Origin: Candidatus Latescibacterota bacterium
Lineage (GTDB): Bacteria > Latescibacterota > UBA2968 > GCA-2709665
Reading direction: 5' to 3'
Assembly: GCA_965219455.1 (NCBI GenBank)
Contig: OZ244744.1
Coordinates: 5,152,001-5,216,000, forward strand
DNA length: 64,000 nucleotides
The position numbers and the translations under genes are program-made. Shown in pieces: positions 36,991 to 45,612 of the stretch (position 1 is its first letter; each line of letters opens with the position of its first letter). The notes under the pieces are model-generated. The model did no database searches and was not told the origin of the DNA. It saw nothing but the letters and a program-made list of their open reading frames with translations.

Positions 36991-38328
36991 ATGGGCGCAC
37001 GAACAAAGGATGTCACAGGTCGAACAGATGGGCCCGGGTACACCGGTTCCACGGGCGCGCCGGTGGTGCGGCGAGGTCGTCTGAAGGTGGGGCTCCAGAA
37101 CTCTTACAGTCTCGGTGCCTATCTGTTTCTGGCGGCAACGGTGATTATCCTGGCTTTCCTGGTATATATGCAGATCTTCGTTGTGGATCCGATGCGTCGA
37201 GATTCCCGCGACATTATCAAACGGCTGGCCTTCTTCTACGGGATGGCCACCCAGGATACCGTGGTTGTCAGCGACCTCGACGTCGAATTTATCTTCCAGA
37301 CCATTTCCAATACCAATTTCCCCGTGGTTATTACCGGGTCCCGGGGTGAACCCCATATGTGGAAGGCTATCGAGATTCCGCTCGGCAACCCGGGCGACCT
37401 CGGTCCGGACGACCTGAGGCGGATGCAGGGGATCGTTCGCCGGCTGGATACCGAGAATCCGCCGTATTCGTTTGAAATTCCGCAGATCGGTCCGCGCGTC
37501 CTGCACTATGGCGATTCACCGCTGGTACGACGGCTGGCATGGCTGCCGTGGGTTGCGCTTTGCGTCACGGCGCTCTTTGTCGGGGTGGGTTATCTCGGAT
37601 TTCGCAATATCAAAAACAGCGAACAGAGATCGATCTGGGTAGGGATGGCCCGCGAGACCGCTCACCAGCTCGGCACCCCTCTTTCCTCGCTGTATGGTTG
37701 GATCGAATTGATAAAAACGGAACTCGAGCATTCTTCCGGCCCGGTGGATGAACAGACGCGCAGGCGGTTCGACCAGATCGTGGTCTCGATGGAGGAGGAT
37801 ACCAGCCGGTTGAATAAGATCGTTTCCCGTTTCAGTCTTATCGGCTCCACGCCGGAGCTCCGCCTGGAGAACCTTCGTCGTGTGGTTGAGGAGACGGCAT
37901 CCTATCTGCGCGGTCGACTCTCGCGGGAGGTCCAGATCGTACAGCGAGACTACGAAGTTCCGCTGGTCCCGTTGAATCGGCAGTTGCTGGGCTGGGCTTT
38001 TGAGAATCTGTTCAAGAATGCCGCGGACGCCATGGAAGGCAAGGGTGGAAAGATAGAGATTTCAGCGGAGGTGCGGTCAGAGGGCGAGTGGGTGGACGTT
38101 CGGGTGCGAGACAATGGCAAAGGGATTCAGCCCCATCTCCTGAAGCAGGTTTTTCTACCCGGCTACAGTACAAAGGAGCGGGGCTGGGGGCTGGGGCTCG
38201 CATTTGTCAAACGTATAATCGAAGACTATCATCGGGGCAGGATTTCCGTCCAGGAAAGTCTGCCTGAAATGGGAACCACGTTCCTGATTTCATTACCCCT
38301 GAGGCCAGCGGAAGAGCGGGTTTCTTAA
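36991..38328 (+). CDS. Membrane sensor histidine kinase
   Basis: Two TM segments, H-box ETAHQLGTPLSSL, N-box NLFKNAADA, DNGKG, GWGLGL. Start uncertain. Confidence 0.9.
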   Translation: MGARTKDVTGRTDGPGYTGSTGAPVVRRGRLKVGLQNSYSLGAYLFLAATVIILAFLVYMQIFVVDPMRRDSRDIIKRLAFFYGMATQDTVVVSDLDVEFIFQTISNTNFPVVITGSRGEPHMWKAIEIPLGNPGDLGPDDLRRMQGIVRRLDTENPPYSFEIPQIGPRVLHYGDSPLVRRLAWLPWVALCVTALFVGVGYLGFRNIKNSEQRSIWVGMARETAHQLGTPLSSLYGWIELIKTELEHSSGPVDEQTRRRFDQIVVSMEEDTSRLNKIVSRFSLIGSTPELRLENLRRVVEETASYLRGRLSREVQIVQRDYEVPLVPLNRQLLGWAFENLFKNAADAMEGKGGKIEISAEVRSEGEWVDVRVRDNGKGIQPHLLKQVFLPGYSTKERGWGLGLAFVKRIIEDYHRGRISVQESLPEMGTTFLISLPLRPAEERVS

Positions 38329-38348
38329 CGGCCGGGAGCTTGAACACC

Positions 38349-39905
38349 ATGAGAGAAAAGCAGGTTCTGTGGGCGGATGACGAAATTGACCTTTTGAGGC
38401 CGCATACGATGTTTCTTGGATCACGCGGCTATAAGGTAACGCCGGTTACGAACGGGGACGACGCCATTGCGATGGTGAAGCAGCGGGGGTTCGACATCGT
38501 CCTTCTGGATGAGATGATGGCCGGTCGAGGTGGGCTTTCCACGCTTGCAGTGATCAAGGAAATCAACCCCGATATCCCCGTAATCATGATAACGAAGAAT
38601 GAAGAGGAGCGCCTGATGGAGGAAGCGCTGGGCCATCGGATCGACGATTATTTAACCAAACCGGTGAATCCCAGCCAGATTCTGTCGGCCTGCAAGAAAC
38701 TACTCGACGCACGTCAGATTGTGGCGGGGCGAATGGGGCTGGATTATGCCGCCGTGTCCAAACGTATACGTGCGTCCATGGCCGGCGACGTTACCTGGAA
38801 GGATTGGATCGATATCCATGTGAAGCTATCCGAATGGGATCTGGAACTGGACCGGTTCTATGATGCCGGCCTGAGAAAGATGCACGAGGATTTGCGGCGG
38901 GCGTGCAACAGGGCGTTCGGACGCTTCGTAGAAGCCAATTATGCGAACTGGCTTCAGGACGATATGGATTCTCCGGTGTTATCCCTCGATGTCGTAAGCG
39001 AGTTTGTGTTGCCCGCGCTTCAGGACGGCCAGCAGGTATTCTTTGTGGTTGTGGACTGTATGAGATTGGATCACTGGTTGGCCATCGCACCCCTCTTGTC
39101 CGAACTGTTTAATATAGAGCAACACTACCACTATTCCATTCTCCCTACGGCCACACCCTATTCCAGAAACGCCATTTTCAGCGGTCTTTTCCCTAGCGAT
39201 GTAGCCGGTTTGTATCCGCAGGAGTGGCGTTCGGGTTGGGACGACGACAACAGCCGAAACCGGCACGAGCATCAGCTCCTGGATAGCCAGATTCAAGAAC
39301 TGGATCCAACGTTGAAGCTGGATACCCGATACGTTAAGGTGCTGGATATTGCCGAGGGCAACCATCTGGTTAAAAAGGTGCATTCATACCGGTCTTTCCC
39401 TCTGATGTCGGTGGTGGTCAATTTCCTGGATATTCTGGCACACGGAAGGTCGGAATCGGATATTCTGAAGGAAATGGCGCCAAACGAGTCCGCGTACCGG
39501 TCGCTCAGCCGATCCTGGTTTTCCCATTCATCGTTGTTCGAGATGTTGCGAAAGCTGGCGGAAACCGATACCACGGTGGTGTTGACAACCGACCACGGCT
39601 GCGTTATGAGTAATCGCGCGACCGTAGCGCATGGAAACCGTGAGACGTCGACCAATCTCCGATACAAATACGGCAAACACCTTCGATGCGACCCCCGGCA
39701 CGCCCTCTATATTGCGGATCCGGATGTCTATCGCCTGCCCAATTTAGGAATGGGCACCACATACATCATTTCTCGGGAGGACTACTATTTCGTCTATCCC
39801 ACGAAATTCAACGAATACCAGCGGTATTACGCGAATAGTTTCCAGCACGGCGGCATTTCTCTCGAGGAGATGGTCCTGCCGGTTGCGGTTCTTAGAGGCA
39901 AATAG
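38349..39905 (+). CDS. PorX-like response regulator with PglZ/alkaline-phosphatase domain
   Basis: Receiver (WADDE, LLDEMM, KP) plus VVDCMR, LPTATPYSRNAIF, TTDHG, FQHGGISLEEM. Confidence 0.9.
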   Translation: MREKQVLWADDEIDLLRPHTMFLGSRGYKVTPVTNGDDAIAMVKQRGFDIVLLDEMMAGRGGLSTLAVIKEINPDIPVIMITKNEEERLMEEALGHRIDDYLTKPVNPSQILSACKKLLDARQIVAGRMGLDYAAVSKRIRASMAGDVTWKDWIDIHVKLSEWDLELDRFYDAGLRKMHEDLRRACNRAFGRFVEANYANWLQDDMDSPVLSLDVVSEFVLPALQDGQQVFFVVVDCMRLDHWLAIAPLLSELFNIEQHYHYSILPTATPYSRNAIFSGLFPSDVAGLYPQEWRSGWDDDNSRNRHEHQLLDSQIQELDPTLKLDTRYVKVLDIAEGNHLVKKVHSYRSFPLMSVVVNFLDILAHGRSESDILKEMAPNESAYRSLSRSWFSHSSLFEMLRKLAETDTTVVLTTDHGCVMSNRATVAHGNRETSTNLRYKYGKHLRCDPRHALYIADPDVYRLPNLGMGTTYIISREDYYFVYPTKFNEYQRYYANSFQHGGISLEEMVLPVAVLRGK

Positions 39906-40016
39906 CCGAGGGCGCATATCTCGCGTTCCCTGCCGATTTACAGGGGCAGGCGTTGCATGGCGATTCGCCCCGGGAATTTCCGGCGAAGCTTCAACGCAAC
40001 CTGGTAACGTATCCTG

Positions 40017-40472
40017 ATGCGGAACTCAAGGGCTGAATTCAATACGACGTCGCCGGATCAGACGCGAGCGTTCGGCAGAGAGTTGTCCGCTCGTCTGCGG
40101 CCAGGTGACTGTGTCGGACTGATCGGAGAACTCGGCAGTGGCAAAACCTGCCTTGCACAGGGCATTTGTGAAGGGTTGAACGTGTCGGACCGGGTGACCA
40201 GCCCCACGTTCATCCTGGTGAATGAATACCTCGGCAAGGACGTCGCGTCGCGTCCAATATCGATTTACCACCTTGATCTGTACAGGCTCCCGGACGTCGA
40301 GGCCCTCATTGACCTGGGATGGGATGATTATCTTGCCAGCAACGGCATCTGTCTGGTCGAATGGGCGGAGCGCGCCGGATCGCTGCTTCCGGAGCGGACG
40401 CTACGCATCCGGATTGAAATTCCGGAATCCGGTTCACGCAGATTCATACTTGAAGATGGAGAAGGCGCATGA
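40017..40472 (+). CDS. tsaE: tRNA threonylcarbamoyladenosine biosynthesis ATPase
   Basis: GELGSGKT, VTSPTF, HLDLYRL, VEWAE. Confidence 0.95.
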   Translation: MRNSRAEFNTTSPDQTRAFGRELSARLRPGDCVGLIGELGSGKTCLAQGICEGLNVSDRVTSPTFILVNEYLGKDVASRPISIYHLDLYRLPDVEALIDLGWDDYLASNGICLVEWAERAGSLLPERTLRIRIEIPESGSRRFILEDGEGA

Positions 40473-41233
40473 TACGGTACGCGAGGTGGATGTTGTTGTT
40501 GGTTGCCGTTTGGTGGTCGTATTGCGACTCGGCCTTTGCACAGGGGAATGTACCACGATGGCTGGTGGATGGACCCACCGCCGGAATGCTGCCTGCGGGC
40601 CGCCTGGCAGCGGATCTGCGCTTGTACGGCGACAGTGGAATTCTCTCCCAGATCGAAGTCGGCGTACACAATCGTGTCAGCATAGGGGTTTCATTCGGCG
40701 GACAGCATCTTGTGGGCAGCCGTGAGGCTGCATGGAATCCACGCGTGGAAGTGGCGGGCCGTGTCCGGGTGATCGAGGAGGAATTGAAGATACCGGCTGT
40801 TGCCGTGGGCTATCACTCCCAGGGATATGGGGAGTACGACGAGGGACTGAAGCGATACGCGGTCAAATCCAAAGGCTTTTATGCAGTGGCGAGCAAGAAC
40901 TACGGGTTTCCGCTTGGAGACATGGGGGTACACGCCGGATTGAATCGCAGTCTGGAAGATGGCGACGGCGACGGGGATATTTCGGGGTTTTTGGGCGCTG
41001 ATTTAGAGGTCAAGCGCGTCTTTGCATTGTTAATGGAATATGACTTCGCGATCAACGACAACGAAGACAATTCCCTGGGTTCGGGCAGAGGGAGGCTGAA
41101 TCTGGGCGGGCGCTGGATGCCTTCCGATCGGCTTAACCTTGAAGTGGATGTCAAGAACCTGTTTCGGGACGGCAAGCGGTCGAAAAGTATCGATCGACAG
41201 ATCCGGTTGGTGTATTATACGAAAGTCTGGTAG
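40469..41233 (+). CDS. Exported YjbH-like outer-membrane beta-barrel protein
   Basis: Signal peptide, LVDGPTAGML, amphipathic beta strands, aromatic C-terminus. Confidence 0.6.
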   Translation: MIRYARWMLLLVAVWWSYCDSAFAQGNVPRWLVDGPTAGMLPAGRLAADLRLYGDSGILSQIEVGVHNRVSIGVSFGGQHLVGSREAAWNPRVEVAGRVRVIEEELKIPAVAVGYHSQGYGEYDEGLKRYAVKSKGFYAVASKNYGFPLGDMGVHAGLNRSLEDGDGDGDISGFLGADLEVKRVFALLMEYDFAINDNEDNSLGSGRGRLNLGGRWMPSDRLNLEVDVKNLFRDGKRSKSIDRQIRLVYYTKVW

Positions 41234-41265
41234 GGTTCTGACCAGGGCATTTCCCGAGTCCCGCG

Positions 41266-42993
41266 CTAAGCTTCAGTTCTCTTGAGCTGGCGGGGGGCGA
41301 CAAAGAGGGTGAATTCATTTCGGATCGTGACGAGCCCCGGGGCGGCACCTCGGGGTTTTTGTACGTACCGGACCTCGGTGCAATTGACCGGCACGGTCCC
41401 GGAATGCCTGGCTTTGCTCCAGTAAGCAGCCAGGCTTGCTGCTTCCCTTAAAGCGTTGTCGGAGGGTTTCTCGTGTTTTCCTTCACGCTTGAGGATGACG
41501 TGTGAACCCGGGCATCCCTGGGCATGAAAAAAGAGGTCGTCTTTGGCAGAGCCTTTCGTGAGCAGGTCGTTCTCGACGTTGTTGCGGCCCACCAGAATGG
41601 TCCAGCCGTCTGAGGTCAGGTAACGTCTGGGATGCGTTTCGGAAGGGGCGTTTTTTCCGGTGGTCGCTTTCCGTTTGCGATTCTTGAGCCATCCTGTTTC
41701 TGCCAATTCGTTTCGCAGGATCGTAAGCTCATCCTGGCCGTTGGTTTGTTCAAGCCGCTCCAGGAAGGCTTCGACCCTTGCAAGTTCCGTTCTTGTGGTT
41801 TCCCGTCGCCGCGTGAGGATGGGACGCGCCTTCTCTGCCTTGCGGCTTCGTTTCAGGTAGGCGGCGGCATTCTCATGGGGCAGTTTGTTGGTCTTGAGCG
41901 GGATGGTAACAGGCGGCCCCGCCGGCTTGTACACGTCGGGAAGGGTAATGGACGCGTACCCCAGACGGATCCTGTGCAGCCCTGCCATAAGGATATGCCC
42001 GTATCTCCTGTAGAGTTCTGCTTTCTCCGAATCCTCAAGATCGGCCTGGATGCGCGCGATCTTGTTCGAAAGTGATGCGCGGCGTCGGTTCAGTTCCGTG
42101 ACCATTTCGCGCCGGTCCGCGTTGAGGTGTTGTTGGTTTTCTTGCAACTGGACAAGCCGCTCGATCGCTTCGCTGACAGATTCGCAGACGTGTTCCACGT
42201 CACCCGTCCTGTGTGGTAGACTCAGAATTCGGATGGATGGCGAGCCATCGGGAATGCTGAGTATTTCGGGTCGCTCCAAAAAGGGTGGGTGGTCAAACAC
42301 GTTTTGGATCCGGCCGACCAGATACTCGATCGCCTCGGGCGCTGCTTCCTCGATCTGTCTGACGTCCGCTTCCGCAATCAGCGATGCGGCGGTCAGGGTG
42401 TCCAGTCCGGCAACGGCATTCGCGAGGGTCCGGACGGGTTGGTCGTTCCCATGCCGGAACGCACTGGCGAGATCGGCAGGCGTGAGTTCATGGGGAGAAA
42501 TTCGATCCTGTGCGGGTGGAGGCCGATAGGGTTCGCCGGGCATAATACGCCGCTGGCGGTTCATTTTTCCGCCGACCCGGCGCAGCGCCCCCAATATCCG
42601 CAGATCCGGCTCCGAGGTCAGGATGACGTTATTGTACCGATGGATCATTTCAACGTACAGGCGATATCGGCGTTCTCCACCCAATCGGTCTCGTTTTTGC
42701 AGGGCGAATGACAGGATGCGCTCCAGAGGGATCTGAGAGATCTCCCGTATTACGCTGTTGCAAAGGTGGTGTTCGACCCACGTCGGTAGGGGCTGTACGG
42801 CCACGGGAAGGCAATGTGCCCTCTGCAGGTGGCCTGTGGTGGGCGAGGCGGAGAGCAGCAGGTGTATTCCGTCGGTTGTTTCGAGAGCCAGTTCGTACGT
42901 TCCTGAGAGGACGGCCCGTCGGATGCGTTTTCCAGGCAGGATTTCGTTCAGTTCGTGGCTCAACCGTCGCAGTGTGAAGTAGCTGAGGTTCAT
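41266..42993 (-). CDS. NFACT/RqcH (FbpA) family ribosome quality-control protein
   Basis: ERIL..., NVILT, ENAAAYLKRSRK, VGRNNVEND, FHAQGCPGSHV. Confidence 0.9.
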   Translation of the reverse strand: MNLSYFTLRRLSHELNEILPGKRIRRAVLSGTYELALETTDGIHLLLSASPTTGHLQRAHCLPVAVQPLPTWVEHHLCNSVIREISQIPLERILSFALQKRDRLGGERRYRLYVEMIHRYNNVILTSEPDLRILGALRRVGGKMNRQRRIMPGEPYRPPPAQDRISPHELTPADLASAFRHGNDQPVRTLANAVAGLDTLTAASLIAEADVRQIEEAAPEAIEYLVGRIQNVFDHPPFLERPEILSIPDGSPSIRILSLPHRTGDVEHVCESVSEAIERLVQLQENQQHLNADRREMVTELNRRRASLSNKIARIQADLEDSEKAELYRRYGHILMAGLHRIRLGYASITLPDVYKPAGPPVTIPLKTNKLPHENAAAYLKRSRKAEKARPILTRRRETTRTELARVEAFLERLEQTNGQDELTILRNELAETGWLKNRKRKATTGKNAPSETHPRRYLTSDGWTILVGRNNVENDLLTKGSAKDDLFFHAQGCPGSHVILKREGKHEKPSDNALREAASLAAYWSKARHSGTVPVNCTEVRYVQKPRGAAPGLVTIRNEFTLFVAPRQLKRTEA

Positions 42994-43142
42994 ACGCGAA
43001 CATCCGAAAGAGAGGTCTGAAGTGTGAGGGACAGATTAACGTTGAATTCCTTGACAATTCTGGTAGGACCTGGTATCCTTAGACGGCCAAAGACGTGAGT
43101 CGAATGTCGATCTGAACGGCCCAAGTGTGGAGATGGTGAACG

Positions 43143-44690
43143 ATGCCGGAACAACGACCCGTGAATCCCAAGGAACTGCAGAAAGATCTGAAAGATCTTA
43201 TCGAGCAGAAGTATGGCGCTCAGGTTGTGTTTCCACAGGCGGAGGCCGACGGAAGCAATGAAGGTCCGCGTACGCAGGAAGCGCAGGATGAGACGATTGA
43301 GTTTGACCTGAAGCCGGAGGAACTCGAGGCCTTTCTTGATGAATACGTGATCAAGCAGGACGAGGCCAAGGAAGTGCTCGCCACCAAGATCTGCACCCAC
43401 TTCAACCGGATGAAGCTGGATCGCGAAGATCCTGAATTCGAACATCGCTCCGTGGGAAACATCAAGAACAACATTCTGCTGATCGGTCCGACGGGGGTGG
43501 GCAAGACCTATCTCATAAAATTGATCGCCCATCGTATCGGTGTTCCCTTTGTGAAGGGCGACGCAACCAAGTTCAGTGAAACCGGATACGTGGGCGGCGA
43601 TGTCGAAGACTTGGTGCGTGAATTGGTGCGCGAGGCCGGCGGCAGCATTGAGAAAGCACAGTATGGTATCATCTACGTAGATGAGATCGACAAGATCGCT
43701 TCAACCCCCAACCTGGTGGGCCCGGACGTTTCGCGAAGCGGCGTTCAGCGTAACCTGCTCAAGCTGATGGAAGAGACCGAGGTGGACCTGAAGGCGCCTC
43801 ATGATATGGCTTCGCAGATGGAAGCCATGATGCAATATCAGCAAAGCGGCAAGATGGAGCGCAAGAAAATCAATACACGAAACATCCTCTTCATCGTAAG
43901 CGGGGCGTTCAACGGATTCGAGGATCTGGTCAAACGCCGTCTCAATCGAAACAGCCTTGGATTCAAGGCCGAAACGGAGCGGGCGCAGAACCATGAAGCG
44001 GACCGCGTGTCCTATCTGAAGCAGGCGATGACGGAAGACCTCATCGCGTTCGGTTTCGAGTCTGAATTCGTGGGGCGCCTGCCGGTCGTGGCCGTGCTCG
44101 AGCCGCTTTCCGTTGAGGATTTATATCAGATTCTGAAGAGTCCGACCAGTTCGGTCATTCTTGGAAAGACACGGGATTTCCTGGCCTACGGGATTGAATT
44201 GAGCTTCGAGGACGCCGCGCTACGCGTGCTGGCCGAACAGGCGTCCACGGAACAGACGGGCGCGCGTGCGCTGGTGAGTATGTGTGAACGGGCGTTGTTG
44301 AAGTTTGAAAAAGCGCTACCGTCAACCGACATCCGTTCGTTTACCGTTACCGCCGATGTTGTGGAAAACCCGACACTGGAGTTGCGCCAGTTGCTTGTTC
44401 ATCGGGATATCTCTTCTTATACGGCGCATTTTCTGAATACGTATGAAATTTCGTTAACGTTTTCGGATGCGGCAAAGGCCGTTTTGGCCGAAACCGCCGC
44501 CCTCGACGGCGTTTCGGTTGAGGCGCTCTGCCATGCACGATTCGACGATTACGGGCACGGCCTGAAGCTGGTGGGCAAGTCCGAGTTTGCGATCGACAAA
44601 GATGCGGCAGAAAACGCCAAAGTACATATGGATCGGATGGTCAAAGCCTACTACAGCACAATTGGAGAAAAATCAGTGCGGACGCAATAA
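43143..44690 (+). CDS. ClpX-like AAA+ ATPase lacking the N-terminal zinc finger
   Basis: GPTGVGKT, DATKFSETGYVGGDVE, DEIDKI, GVQRNLLK, LGF loop, EFVGRLPV. Confidence 0.85.
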   Translation: MPEQRPVNPKELQKDLKDLIEQKYGAQVVFPQAEADGSNEGPRTQEAQDETIEFDLKPEELEAFLDEYVIKQDEAKEVLATKICTHFNRMKLDREDPEFEHRSVGNIKNNILLIGPTGVGKTYLIKLIAHRIGVPFVKGDATKFSETGYVGGDVEDLVRELVREAGGSIEKAQYGIIYVDEIDKIASTPNLVGPDVSRSGVQRNLLKLMEETEVDLKAPHDMASQMEAMMQYQQSGKMERKKINTRNILFIVSGAFNGFEDLVKRRLNRNSLGFKAETERAQNHEADRVSYLKQAMTEDLIAFGFESEFVGRLPVVAVLEPLSVEDLYQILKSPTSSVILGKTRDFLAYGIELSFEDAALRVLAEQASTEQTGARALVSMCERALLKFEKALPSTDIRSFTVTADVVENPTLELRQLLVHRDISSYTAHFLNTYEISLTFSDAAKAVLAETAALDGVSVEALCHARFDDYGHGLKLVGKSEFAIDKDAAENAKVHMDRMVKAYYSTIGEKSVRTQ

Positions 44691-44693
44691 CCA

Positions 44694-45608
44694 TCAGGTG
44701 CTGTCTACCAGCGCGAGTTTTACGATGCCGTCGTTCTTCACGAGCAATTGACGGGCCGTCTCCTTTGAGACGGCCCGTTTTGACATCACAATGGCGGTCT
44801 TGAGGTCGCCGGCCGCAGCGAGCAGCCGGCTACTGTCTTCGCGGGGGAGCCCTGTCGTTTCCATCAGGATCCGCTGGGCGCGGTCATTCAGTTTTGCGCA
44901 GGTGGGTGCCAGGTCCACCATCAGATTGCCATATACCTTGCCCAGCCTGACCATGGCTGCTGTCGTGATCATATTCAGCACGAGTTTGGTGGCAGTACCG
45001 GCCTTCAGGCGTGTGGATCCGGTGATCGCTTCCGGGCCGACTTCCGGCACAATCCTGATATTCGCGTCGACCCGGCCCGCCGCTGCCGGGTTGCAGGTGA
45101 AAAAGAGGGTCGCCGCGCCCTTGCGACGGGCGTAGGTGAGCGCGCCCAGCACAAAAGGTGTAACTCCGCTGGCGGCGATACCCATGACAACATCCCGCGC
45201 CGACAGATGTCGGCGGCGGAGTTCGGACGCGGCGTCTTCCGGCCGGTCCTCGGCGCGTTCCGCTGCACGGAGAAGCGCGCCGCCACCACCCGCGACAATG
45301 CCCTGTACCATTTCAGGCGGGGTTCCGAACGTGGGCGGGCACTCGGCGGCATCCATGACACCGAGCCGGCCACTGGTTCCGGCACCGACATAGAAAAGCC
45401 GCCCGCCGTTCCTCAGCGCACGGACCACGAGGTCGACGGCCTCCGAGACCTGCGATAAGACGGCATTCACCGCCAGCGGGACCCTGTGGTCTTCCGCGTT
45501 GAGGATCTCGAGGATTCGCTGCGTGGATGCCTCGTCGATACGCGCGCTGTCGGGATTTCGTTGTTCGGTTACCAGCGAAGCCCATTTGGATGCGTTGACA
45601 TCCGCCAT
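44694..45608 (-). CDS. murQ: N-acetylmuramic acid 6-phosphate etherase
   Basis: TEQRNP, GAGTSGRLGVMDAAECPPTFG, GPEAITGSTRLKAGTATK, NLMVD. Confidence 0.96.
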   Translation of the reverse strand: MADVNASKWASLVTEQRNPDSARIDEASTQRILEILNAEDHRVPLAVNAVLSQVSEAVDLVVRALRNGGRLFYVGAGTSGRLGVMDAAECPPTFGTPPEMVQGIVAGGGGALLRAAERAEDRPEDAASELRRRHLSARDVVMGIAASGVTPFVLGALTYARRKGAATLFFTCNPAAAGRVDANIRIVPEVGPEAITGSTRLKAGTATKLVLNMITTAAMVRLGKVYGNLMVDLAPTCAKLNDRAQRILMETTGLPREDSSRLLAAAGDLKTAIVMSKRAVSKETARQLLVKNDGIVKLALVDST

Positions 45609-45612
45609 TCAC

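Noticed and set aside
38349-39905. PglZ domain as BREX component
   Set aside because: It is fused to a receiver domain next to a kinase and tsaE (PorX type); no other brx genes are present.
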